Below are positions 10,482-20,277 of a stretch of DNA of 64,000 nt, piece after piece; the stretch's first letter is position 1, and the number at the start of each line of letters is the position of its first letter. The translations under genes were made by a program, and so were the position numbers. The notes beneath the pieces are model-generated. The model was not told the origin of the DNA, did not search any database, and saw only the letters and a list, made by a program, of their open reading frames with translations. This DNA comes from Acidobacteriota bacterium (GTDB taxonomy: Bacteria; Acidobacteriota; UBA6911; RPQK01; JAJDTT01): assembly GCA_965209055.1 (NCBI GenBank), contig OZ242374.1, positions 4,736,001 to 4,800,000 on the forward strand, written 5' to 3'.

Positions 10482-11209
10482 GCCGGAGCGAAGAGCGCGC
10501 GCGGTTCATTGACCGCTACGATGCCCTGCGCGGAGTCACGCTGAGAATCGCCAACGAACTGACCCCCAACGGCACGCAGGTTTTTCCATGGCCTCTTCTG
10601 ACCCGAAGCTCCATCAGTTTGGGACTCGATGAGGTCGCCAGCTTGGTCTGGGAGAACGAATCTGCGCACCGCCGCGACCACCTCATCGGCGTGCATCTCG
10701 CCATGCTTGAGAGCTACCTGTACCGGCACGGATATGTCGAAACCGGCCATTTCATCAGGATACAGGCGGGGAACTACCGCGTCGCGACGGAGGAAGTGAA
10801 GCAGTCGATCATCTCGAACGGGTTCCCAATTCGGGTCGCAACGGTTTCCAGCGCAGAGGAGTTGGAGGCGGCCACTCCGTTGCGCCGTGTCAGCGACGGG
10901 GAGTACTCGCAGACGTACGAGAAGTTGTCCGAAGCGTGGGGCGGTCTCCGCCAGAAGGAGATGGCCGAGGCTATGGAGGCGAACCTGAGGTCGATCCACG
11001 AGTTGCTGCCCCGGCACAAGATCGGAGACGATTTTCGTCGAGAGCGGCGCGAACGGATGGAGCCGTTACCCCTGTATGTTCGTAACGAAATCCACCATCC
11101 GACGAAGGGGCCGTTACTGCAGACGGAGGGGTTCCAGCAGGACAAGCGCATCGGCTACGCGATCATGAAAGCGTGGTTGTCAAAGGACGACGCACGGAGA
11201 TCGCCCTGA
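10478..11209 (+). CDS. Hypothetical protein with C-terminal HEPN-like motif
   Basis: 243 aa, ATGA-coupled to the upstream stop; YVRNEIHHP matches RxxxxH. Confidence 0.7.
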   Translation: MSRSEERARFIDRYDALRGVTLRIANELTPNGTQVFPWPLLTRSSISLGLDEVASLVWENESAHRRDHLIGVHLAMLESYLYRHGYVETGHFIRIQAGNYRVATEEVKQSIISNGFPIRVATVSSAEELEAATPLRRVSDGEYSQTYEKLSEAWGGLRQKEMAEAMEANLRSIHELLPRHKIGDDFRRERRERMEPLPLYVRNEIHHPTKGPLLQTEGFQQDKRIGYAIMKAWLSKDDARRSP

Positions 11210-11234
11210 CCCGGGGGACTTCGCGTCGCGCAGT

Positions 11235-11259
11235 GCCCCCCGCCCGCCCAGCGGGGGGC
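11235..11259. terminator. GC-rich hairpin between convergent genes
   Basis: GCCCCCCGC-7 nt-GCGGGGGGC; no U-tract. Confidence 0.35.
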
Positions 11260-11292
11260 GACCAAGGGTGCTGGAAGGGTTCGCGTGACCGA

Positions 11293-14200
11293 CTACAGCC
11301 TTCTGGAGACCCAGAGGGCGAGCAGAAAAGGTGACTGTCCCCTCTCACGGGTCTCATATCCTTCACGGACCCCACGGCTGAAGAGCACGTCGAGACGGGC
11401 GGTGCCTGCTTGAGAGGCGAGGGCCGACACGCCTGCTTGTGGCAGGTCGCGCAGGATGCCTCTCACCTGCCGGGTGCTGGGATCGACCAGGACGTACAGG
11501 GGGATATCCGTGTCACTGTCGAGCGTCACCGACCCACCGGGTCCGGAGAGCGTGATGCTTGCCAGGCTCGCCTCCCGACCGGGCTCAACCGGGAGGACAA
11601 TGGCGAAGGATGAGCTCCCGTCACCGTCGGCCACCTCGGGCATGGCGAAGCCGACGGAAAAGAGCTCGTCGCCGCTCCCGCTCCGGCCGGTGATCCGGTG
11701 CTCACCGGTGGCCCTGGGCAGCTTGGAGGGGGCATCGACGACGAAGGACGGGTTGAGGAAGAGTTGGCCCTCCGCATCTATCCCGCCCCATAGGAGGAGG
11801 GACTTTGCTTCCTGAGCGATCAGGCTCGCGGTCCGGGTCGGCCCTTCGTCGGAGAGGCGAAAGCGGAGCGCGTTGGCGAAGTGATAGTCGCTGATCCACG
11901 ACGGCTCGCAGTAGCCCATCACGTCCGGCCGGCTTGGCGACGCCAATGTGCCCCCGTAGCGGAAGTCGTACCCCCAGGCGCCGATCGATCCACCCGGGGA
12001 CGGAAACGCCGGGTCCGGTCCCCCTGCGCCTCCGCAGGGAGCGTGGTAGAGGTTCAAGTTGTGGCCGAGTTCGTGAGCTATGGTAAACGGGTTTAGCCTC
12101 GAGATGAACGTCCGTCCGCCGAGGCCTGCCGCCGCTCCTGCCTGGCCTACCTTGCCCGGGCGCGAAATCGTTCCCATGTAGTGGCCGCTCCCGCCTTCCA
12201 TGGCCCGAATCGCTTCCGTCTCGTCGAGTAGCGGGAAATATTCGTCGGGCGAAGTCGAAGTCATCACGGATGCGTGGGCCGTCACTTCCAGGTCTCTTTT
12301 CGGCAGCAGCGTACGAGTATTCCACAGTAGCTCATGGCCCTCCGGGTCCGCCTCCATAGCCTCGGCTGCTTCCACGGCCCCCCGATGGGGGTCTTCGCTC
12401 CAGAGGAAGGGAATCACCGTCAGGTGCAGCACGGGCATCTCCCGCACATCGACCGCCATGCGGCCCGAGTCCGGGATTCGCCTTGCCGTCAAAAGACCGG
12501 GATCCAGCGTTCCGTCCGGGTCGATCTCGACCACCATCTCAAGACCCGGACGTATGATCTCGCCGGGGATCTCGGCGTTGGACGACCGGGCCAGATCTCC
12601 CTCGTAAACCTCGGTCGGGAGGACCGCCGTCCGCGCCGGAATGTCGGCCACATGGATCTCGGTTCCGTCCACGTAGAACCGGGCTCGCACGGAAGGGACG
12701 GCCGCCGTCGTGGGACTCGCGGCGGTGACGAACACCCGGAGCAGCGCCTTCTCTCCGGCAACCAGCGGAACCGGATACTTTCGTGACTGCACCGCCTGGA
12801 CGAGGTATGCAAAAGCCGCGCTATCACTCACACAAGTCGCAACGCGCAGCCGGTCGATGCCTCCGAGCCAATCCTGGAAGCCAGGATCCGACGGTGCGCA
12901 AAGATCCGTTCCGCCGGCCAAAAACGTTCTGAGCCGGCCAAGACCAGTCAATTCGGTTGGAAGGTTCCCCGCCAGGCCGGAGTTCCCCGAGAGATTCAGT
13001 TCCGTCAGGCTCGTGAGGCTGCCGAGCTCGGGCGGTATGGGCCCGCCCAGCCGATTGCGATTGAGAATCAACTCCGTCACGCGCCCCTGATTATCAACGG
13101 TGATCCCATGCCAGTCCCTGAGAGGCCGGCTGGTCCCCCAGTTCCCGCTCTCAAACCAGTCGGGTCCGCCGGTGGATTGGTATAACGCCATCAGCGCGTC
13201 CCGCTGGGAGACCACTACTACAGCCACTCTGACCGTTAAGGATGCCGTCCGCGTCTGACCGTCGGCGCCGCGCACCGTGATTTGGTACGTCGTCGTGGTG
13301 CGCGGCGACACCCTTCGCGAGCCCGCTGCCGGGACTGTGCCGAGGTCCGGTGAGATCTCCACGCTCTCCGCATTCGTCGACGACCACGTCAACGTGGCGC
13401 TCTCGCCCAAATTAATCGAGCTCGGAGCAACCGACAGCGTCACTGTCGGCGCAGGAGCTTGGCGGCCAGTCCCGTCTTCCCGAACCGCAAGCCCAGCGGG
13501 GCGAATTGCGAATCGTCCCCCGATCGAATGAACAGCAGACCCCGAAAGTCGCTCAGGAATCCCGTATTCACCACGGCGAGCCATTCCGAAAGCGTGAGCG
13601 CGTCCTGCCGGAAGTCTCCCCGTGGGATGAACACCCCGTTCAACGGGTCGTTCCCTTCCTCGTCGCGGAGGCGCAGCTCGACGTTCGGGGCGGCATCCGG
13701 TTTGAAGAAGGCCACCCCGGAGCCGATCGCCGACGATTCCTCAACGAACAGGGCGAAACGGCTTCCCAACTCCACGGGCTTCACGCTGGCCTCGACTCCC
13801 GTCTCGTCCTGCCGGTAGGTCAACAACCCGCTGACCGACGCCGAACCGGACTCGACCTCGATCCAGCCTCGCCGGATCGTTCCCGCGCCCGCGCTCTTCA
13901 GCACCCGGCTGCCCAACGACGGGATCTCGAAGGTCGATTCAGAATCGAACAGGTCCGAGACCGCCCGGCCGTCCTGGTCGAACACGTCCAGGTGGATCTC
14001 GGCGGCGTTCACCGCGTCGATGTTGCTCAGCGCCAACTGCACGGACCAGCCGCTTCCGTCTACAAAGTCCGGGAGGTAAAAGGTCGTCTTCTTCGGCTCC
14101 TGGGTCTCATCCCGGATGGCGGGAACCGACGAGAGCGATTGGTTCCTCTTCCCGAACCGAAGTCCCAGCGGGGCGAAGGTCGATTCGTCCCCGGTCAGCA

Positions 14201-14777
14201 GCAACAGGAGACCCCGGAAGTCGCGCAGGAACTCCTTGTTGATCCCTTCCGCCGTGAACCATTCCGGAAGCGTGAGAGCCTCTTGGTGAAAGTCTCCCCG
14301 GGAGACGAACAATCCCTCCAACGGGTCGTCTCCCTCTTCGTCCCGGACCCGGAGCTGGAAGCTGGAAGAGGGATTCGGCTTAAAGACCGCCACTCAGGCG
14401 CCCACGTCGGCGGACTCCTCGACGAACAGGGCGAAACGGCCGACCAATTCGGCCGATTCCACGCTCACCTCGATCCCGGTCGTCCCCTCCCTGTAGGTCA
14501 GCAGCCCGCTGACCGAGTCCGTCCCGGTCCGGACCCGGATCCAACCCCGCCGAATGTCTTCCGTGCCCGAGCTCCTCAACACCCAGCTGCCCAGGGGCGG
14601 GACCTCGAAAGTCAATCCCGAATCGAACAGAGACTTCTCCACCTGCTCCTGAGTCTGGTTCCGGATCGAATCTTCGTACGGGGATCGAGCGTTCTCCAAC
14701 GGCTGGGCGGGTCTTTGCTCCGAATGCGCGGCCGGCAACTGCAACAAGACGAACAAGGGAACCCAGATATTCTTCAT
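11293..14777 (-). pseudogene. Disrupted secreted multidomain protein (two repeated beta domains, Ig-like, LRR, HEXXH metallopeptidase)
   Basis: Signal peptide MKNIWVPLFVLL; in-frame TGA at 14394-14396; frame change near 13480; LGGPIPPELGSLTSL LRRs; IAHELGHNLNLYHAPCG zinc motif. Confidence 0.8.
11322..11342 (+). repeat. Island boundary repeat, copy 3
   Basis: GCAGAAAAGGTGACTGTCCCC. Confidence 0.85.
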
Positions 14778-14882
14778 GGTGATTCGAGCATCCACATGGT
14801 CACATGGGGTTCATCTCACAAGAAACTATGAGGAACGAGGAGTTAGCAAGGAGGAAGTAATTTATTGGACAGTATATCCGAA

Positions 14883-14898
14883 GCAGAAAACTGTCCCC
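14883..14898 (+). repeat. Island boundary repeat, copy 4 (5-bp internal deletion)
   Basis: GCAGAAAA directly joined to CTGTCCCC, preceded by the same A as copies 2 and 3. Confidence 0.6.
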
Positions 14899-15165
14899 AT
14901 CCCTGCTCCGCTCGACGATGTTTCGGGTGATGCGGCGGCGATCCTTTAACAACCCCTTCCCAATCCGACGAGCCCATTGTTGTCAATGTCTGATTCGACT
15001 CCAGACCCGCTTGAATCGCTTCGAACTATTCCACGATTTTCGTTGCTCTCCTCACCGTCTTCCCAGGTAATTTTGCCACGCTCTCTAATCTCACCAACCG
15101 CCATGCGCCGCTTGATACTTGACCTGCGGGATTCTACGATTCAGCCAAACTGAGGAACGTTGCTC

Positions 15166-16302
15166 ATGACCATTCTCCAAAAACGACTCCTGCTGGTTGC
15201 CGGGCTGCTCGCGGCTGCGGGACTGATCTGGGTTCCGATGGCCGGCAGCGCCGGCAGCGCCATTCCCGACATCTCGGGAAAGATCCTGACGGTGAGGGGA
15301 CCCATCGACCCGGGGATGGTGGGGCCCACCATCATGCATGAGCACGTCCTCCTCGACTATCGCGGAAGGCCGAAGGAGGGGCTTACGGCCACTGAAGCGG
15401 CTTTCTACGAGCAGCCCGTCTCCCTCAGGAACCTGAGCCGGCTGCGCTCCTGGGTCTCGCCCAACGCGGACAACCTGATTCTGGGCGACGTGGACGTGGC
15501 CATTCGCGAAGTGCTGGAGTTCAAGCGCTGGGGCGGCAGCGGGATCGTGGACTGCACCAGCATCGGACTGGGGCGCGACCCGACGGGTCTGCTGCAGGTC
15601 TCCAACGCCACCGGGCTCCACATCGTCATGGGCGCCGGCTGGTATACCCACCCCTTCCATCCAGCAGACATGGGTTCCCGGACGGTAGAGGAACTGACCG
15701 AGATCATCATCAAGGACATCACCGTTGGAGCCGAGAGCACGGCGGTCCGGTCCGGCATCATCGGTGAAGTGGGCGTGGGAAATGCACTCAATCCCAATGA
15801 ACTCAAAAGCACCCGGGCCGCCGCCCGCGCCAGCCGGGCCACCGGCGCCGCCATTTCCTTTCACCACGCCGGTCGCGGCGAGCAGAAATTCACCGTCCTG
15901 GACATGGTGGAGGCGGAGGGCGCCGATCTGAACCGGGTCATCATTGGTCACTCCAACCACATCGCCACCCAGATCCCCTACATGAAGCGCCTCTTGGAGC
16001 GGGGGGTCTACATCCAATTCGACCTCATGGGAGAGGTGATCCCCCGGCTGGGACGGATCCACGACTATGATACGGTCCGGTCCATCGTCCAACTGGTCCG
16101 GGACGGATACGCGGACCGGTTGCTCCTCTCACAGGACGTCTGCACCAAGACCATGATGAAGACGTACGGGGGCCAGGGGTTTTCCTTCGTGATGGAGTTC
16201 GTCCTGCCCGAGTTGAGACGCCTGGGAGCACCGGAGGAGGCGCTCCATCAGATCATGGTGGAGAACCCGCGCCGGGTTCTGACCTTCGCCAAGCCGGGAT
16301 AG
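15166..16302 (+). CDS. Phosphotriesterase-related amidohydrolase, exported
   Basis: Signal peptide; IMHEHV, GLGRDP, GIIGEVG, IIGHS, LLLSQD, VENPRR. Confidence 0.9.
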   Translation: MTILQKRLLLVAGLLAAAGLIWVPMAGSAGSAIPDISGKILTVRGPIDPGMVGPTIMHEHVLLDYRGRPKEGLTATEAAFYEQPVSLRNLSRLRSWVSPNADNLILGDVDVAIREVLEFKRWGGSGIVDCTSIGLGRDPTGLLQVSNATGLHIVMGAGWYTHPFHPADMGSRTVEELTEIIIKDITVGAESTAVRSGIIGEVGVGNALNPNELKSTRAAARASRATGAAISFHHAGRGEQKFTVLDMVEAEGADLNRVIIGHSNHIATQIPYMKRLLERGVYIQFDLMGEVIPRLGRIHDYDTVRSIVQLVRDGYADRLLLSQDVCTKTMMKTYGGQGFSFVMEFVLPELRRLGAPEEALHQIMVENPRRVLTFAKPG

Positions 16303-16354
16303 TCCGATTCGATGGGCCGCCGGCCCCTGGCCGGAGCGCCGTGACGAACCGGGA

Positions 16355-17701
16355 TCACTGCTTGATCACGGTTCCATCCCGCCGCCGAATCACGCCCCAG
16401 CCGCCGTTGTACTCTTTCCTCTCCCCCGACTCGAAACTTCCGAAGGGATACTTGCGCGCCGCCGCTTCGTCCACCTCGATACCCCAGCCGGGCTTCTCGC
16501 TGGCGAACAGGTAGCCGTTCCGGTATTCGGGGCAGCCCTGGAACACCTCCAGTTCACGCTCCGAGAAGCCGGGAAACTCCTGGATGCCGAAGTTGTAGCA
16601 GGCCAGATCCAGCGCCACGTTGCCCGCATGTCCGATCGGCGAGACGTCCCCGGGACCGTGCCAGGCGGTTCGGACACCGAAAAGCTCCCCCAGGGCCGCG
16701 ATCTTGCGGCAGGGCGTGAGGCCCCCGGCCTGGGAAATGTGGATACGGATATAGTCGAAGAGCCTCTCGGAAATGAGGGGAATCCATTCGTGAGGACTGT
16801 TGAAGAGCTCTCCCATGGCGATGGGCGTGGTGGAGTGGCGGCGGATCAGCCGGAAGTACGCGATATCCTCGGGAGAGACGGGGTCCTCCAGGAAAAAGAG
16901 GCGAAACTGCTCCACGTCCTTGCAGAGCTGGAGCGCCTGGGTGGGGGTGATCCGTTCGTGGACGTCGTGGAGCAGCTCCACTTCTTCGCCCAACTGCTTC
17001 CGGCATTCCTCGAACAGGGACAGGATCCGGCGGATATAGGGAGCCGGCTCGAAAACCGGGTCGTCGTGCAGCTTCGCCACGGGGCGTCCCCCGGAGTGGC
17101 CTCCGTATCCGGACATCCCGGGCACACCCACTTGGACCCGGACGTGGCGGACGCCATCTTCCATGAAGGCCCGGGCCTTTTCGATGACCTCCCCGATCTC
17201 GGCGCCGCTGGCATGGCGGTAGCAGTCGGCCGCCTCGCGGCATTTTCCGCCCAGGAGCTGATAGACCGGCAACCCCGCCTGGCGGCCCTTGATGTCCCAG
17301 AGGGCCATGTCCACCCCGCTGATGGCATTGTTCAGGACCGGGCCGTTCCGCCAGTAGGAGCTGTTGTAGCAGGCCTGCCAGGTGTCATCGATCCGGTCGG
17401 CCGGCTTGCCCACCAGAAACGGCTTTAGGTACTGCTCCACCGCGGGAACCACCAGGTCGGCCCGCTGCGTGAAGGTGGCGCATCCATAGCCGTAGAGGCC
17501 ATCCTGGTCGGTGAGGACCTTCACCACCACCAGACGCAGACCCCTGGGGGCGGTGGCAATGACCTGGATGTCCCGAATCCGGGGAGGCGGCATTCCCCGG
17601 GTCCTCTTCTCCACGAGTGCCCGAGCTTCGATTTCCTTCGAGGAAACGACGCCCGAGAGGGCGCCGGCAGCCAAACCGCCCAGAAGTCCACGTCTGTGCA
17701 T
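16355..17701 (-). CDS. Enolase superfamily acid-sugar dehydratase (RspA/mannonate dehydratase-like)
   Basis: RRGLL Tat-like start; YWRNGPV, LLHDVHE, FLEDP, AMGEL, WHGPGDVSP. Confidence 0.9.
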   Translation of the reverse strand: MHRRGLLGGLAAGALSGVVSSKEIEARALVEKRTRGMPPPRIRDIQVIATAPRGLRLVVVKVLTDQDGLYGYGCATFTQRADLVVPAVEQYLKPFLVGKPADRIDDTWQACYNSSYWRNGPVLNNAISGVDMALWDIKGRQAGLPVYQLLGGKCREAADCYRHASGAEIGEVIEKARAFMEDGVRHVRVQVGVPGMSGYGGHSGGRPVAKLHDDPVFEPAPYIRRILSLFEECRKQLGEEVELLHDVHERITPTQALQLCKDVEQFRLFFLEDPVSPEDIAYFRLIRRHSTTPIAMGELFNSPHEWIPLISERLFDYIRIHISQAGGLTPCRKIAALGELFGVRTAWHGPGDVSPIGHAGNVALDLACYNFGIQEFPGFSERELEVFQGCPEYRNGYLFASEKPGWGIEVDEAAARKYPFGSFESGERKEYNGGWGVIRRRDGTVIKQ

Positions 17702-17811
17702 TTTCCGCCTCCTTACCATCAAGACATGTTTCGCGTGTTATTCGGACTCTCGTGCCGTAGTAGACTGGGCCGGAAAACGATGCGGGAAATCCCACGCCCG
17801 ACGAGCCGAGC

Positions 17812-18789
17812 ATGAAGACCCTGAACCGGCGCCGCTGGATCTCCGGCCTGGCTCTGACGGCCGCCGCCGGGCGCAGAGGCCTGGCCGCCCCGTCCGGACC
17901 CACTGTGGTCGACGCCCATGCCCATATCTGGTCGCCGGACCTCCGGAAGTATCCTCTGGCGCCGGGCCTGATCCGGGAGAACCTCTGGTTTCCCAGCTTC
18001 ACGGTGGAAGAGCTGGTCCAGAAGGGCACGCGGGCCAGAGTGACCCGCTACAACCTGATCCAGATGACCTGCTACGGTCTCGACCACAGCTATATCCTCG
18101 ATATCATCGCCAACGATCCCACGCGGTTCGTGGGGACCGGTATCGTTCCCGCCGTCAGCGACGTTTCCCTTCCCAGCCCCGACCGCACCATGAAGGCCCT
18201 GGCCCGAGGCGGCATCTACGCGTTCCGGATCCGCGGACGATCGACCCGTCCCGCCATGCGAAGTGGCGAACGCTGGATGGACCACCCGGGCTTCGACAAG
18301 ATGTTCGCCGCCGGAGCCCGCCACGACCTCTGCCTGAGTTTCCTCATGACTCCGGCAGACCTGCCCGAGTTGGATCGCATGTGCCGGCGTTTTCCCGAAA
18401 CTCCTGTGATCATCGACCACTTTTGCCTGATCGGCAAGCAGGCCAACCGGGTGGAAGAGGAGACCCGCGCGCTGTGCCGCATGGCCCGGCACCCCCGGGT
18501 CATGCTGAAGCTGGGCGCATTCTACGCCTTGGGCAAGAAACGCCCGCCTTACCTGGACATGCTCCCGCTGATTCGCCGGTTGGTGGATGCCTTCGGCCCC
18601 GACCGGTGCATGTGGGAGAGCGACGCTCCCTTGCAGACAAAGAACGGCCATACTTTCGAGGCCGCCGTCGCCGTGATCCGGGACCACGCCGATTTCCTCT
18701 CCTCCTCGGACAAGCAGCAGATCCTGTCCGGGACGGCCGAGAAGCTCTTTTTCCACCGAAGTCCCCCAGTCTCCGACGATGCAGCTTGA
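17812..18789 (+). CDS. Amidohydrolase family protein (lactonase-like), Tat signal
   Basis: NRRRWI; VDAHAHIW, IIDHF, CMWESD. Confidence 0.85.
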   Translation: MKTLNRRRWISGLALTAAAGRRGLAAPSGPTVVDAHAHIWSPDLRKYPLAPGLIRENLWFPSFTVEELVQKGTRARVTRYNLIQMTCYGLDHSYILDIIANDPTRFVGTGIVPAVSDVSLPSPDRTMKALARGGIYAFRIRGRSTRPAMRSGERWMDHPGFDKMFAAGARHDLCLSFLMTPADLPELDRMCRRFPETPVIIDHFCLIGKQANRVEEETRALCRMARHPRVMLKLGAFYALGKKRPPYLDMLPLIRRLVDAFGPDRCMWESDAPLQTKNGHTFEAAVAVIRDHADFLSSSDKQQILSGTAEKLFFHRSPPVSDDAA

Positions 18790-18845
18790 AGGTGGCGGCG
18801 GAATCGCCGGGACTTTAGAATAGGTCGGCAAAAGGAGCACCTGCC

Positions 18846-19931
18846 ATGAAACTGGGATTCTTCACCATGCCCCTGCATCCACCGGGGTCCGACTTCACCG
18901 AAACGCTGGAAAGCGACCTGGAGCAGATCATCACCCTGGACCAACTGGGGTTTCACGAGGCTTGGCTCGGCGAGCACTTCACCAGCGTCTGGGAGAACAT
19001 CCCCGCTCCCGACCTGCTGCTGGCCAGCGCCATCCCCCAGACCGAGCAGATCATCATGGGAACCGGCGTGACCTGCATGCCCAACCACAATCCCTTCGTC
19101 ATTGCCAGCCGCATCGCCCAGTTGGACCACATGTGCCGCGGAAGGTTCTACTGGGGCGTGGGCTCGGGGGGGTTTCCGGGCGACTTCGAGGTCTTCGGGT
19201 TCGATCCCAAGACCGGCGAGCAGAGGGGGATGACCCGTGACGCGGTCGACGTCGTCCTCCAGCTCTGGCAAGATCCGCGGCCCGGCCTTTACGAACACAA
19301 GCACTGGCGTTTCACCGTGCCGGAGCCTCAATCGGACATCGGCCTCCGGTTCCACCTGAAGCCCTACCAGAAACCTCACCCGCCCATCGGCGTCGCCGGC
19401 GTGTCGGTCAAATCCGGAACTCTGGTGCGGGCCGGAGAGGAGGGCTGGATTCCCATGAGCATCAACATCGTGCCGACCAGAATTCTCAAGTCCCACTGGG
19501 AGGCGGTGTTGGAAGGAGCCGCCACCACCGGACGGACTCCCGACCGGAGCCAGTGGCGCGTGGCCCGAAACGTGTTCGTAGCAGACACGACCGAGGAAGC
19601 CAGGCGGTGCGTCCTGGAAGGGACCATGGCGCGGGACTTCGAGGACTACTTCCTCCGCCTGTTGCCCAAGTGCAAGATGCTCGACCTGATGAAGACCGAC
19701 CTCGACATGCCCGACTCGGACGTGACCCCGGAATACCTGCTGGACAACCTCTGGCTCGTGGGCAGCCCCGACGACGTGGCCGAGAAGCTCCAGGCGCTTC
19801 AGGACGACCTGGGCGGCTTCGGAGTCCTGCTGGTTCTGGGTCATGAATGGGACCCGAAGGACCGCTGGGTCGAGTCCATGCGGCTTCTCCAGGAAGAGGT
19901 TTTGCCGCGGGTCAATGGAGCCGGGGAGTAA
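18846..19931 (+). CDS. LLM class flavin-dependent oxidoreductase
   Basis: MKLGFFTMPLHP, AWLGEHF, KPYQKPHPPI, VGSPDDV. Confidence 0.9.
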   Translation: MKLGFFTMPLHPPGSDFTETLESDLEQIITLDQLGFHEAWLGEHFTSVWENIPAPDLLLASAIPQTEQIIMGTGVTCMPNHNPFVIASRIAQLDHMCRGRFYWGVGSGGFPGDFEVFGFDPKTGEQRGMTRDAVDVVLQLWQDPRPGLYEHKHWRFTVPEPQSDIGLRFHLKPYQKPHPPIGVAGVSVKSGTLVRAGEEGWIPMSINIVPTRILKSHWEAVLEGAATTGRTPDRSQWRVARNVFVADTTEEARRCVLEGTMARDFEDYFLRLLPKCKMLDLMKTDLDMPDSDVTPEYLLDNLWLVGSPDDVAEKLQALQDDLGGFGVLLVLGHEWDPKDRWVESMRLLQEEVLPRVNGAGE

Positions 19932-20019
19932 AGAGATGGCTGGCAATGTCCCCACTCCCAAAAAGTGAGGCATTAGCGGAATTCCGGCGGAAGTCTGAGG
20001 ACAGCGAGGAATCGGGATC

Positions 20020-20277
20020 GTGGCACGGTTCTCATTGAAAGACTTGGGGCGGTTCGAAGAGGGCATCCTGGAGTCCATCGATCTGCCGGAGCGGGACGCC
20101 CGGCGTTTCATGGAGCTGGGCTTTCTCCCCGGTTCCGTGGTTTCAGCTGCGGGACGATCCCCGTTCGGCGACCCTCGGGTGTACCGGGTGGATGGCTCCG
20201 AAGTCGCACTGCGGCGGGAGACGGCTGCCCGCCTGATTCTGCGCCGACCCGGTTCGGCCCACCGAAAAGACCCATGA
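20020..20277 (+). CDS. feoA: Ferrous iron transport protein A
   Basis: RRFMELGFLPG, SPFGDP, VALRRETA; upstream of feoB. Confidence 0.9.
   Translation: MARFSLKDLGRFEEGILESIDLPERDARRFMELGFLPGSVVSAAGRSPFGDPRVYRVDGSEVALRRETAARLILRRPGSAHRKDP

Noticed and set aside
14394-14396. In-frame TGA as selenocysteine or programmed read-through
   Set aside because: The equivalent position in the second repeat unit is Gly and the gene has other lesions
7244-14898. CRISPR array or integron attC interpretation of the repeats
   Set aside because: Spacing is 1.3-3.5 kb, there are no cas or intI genes, and no attC palindrome structure
19932-20019. Fur box upstream of feoAB
   Set aside because: No AT-rich GATAATGATAATCATTATC-like match visible
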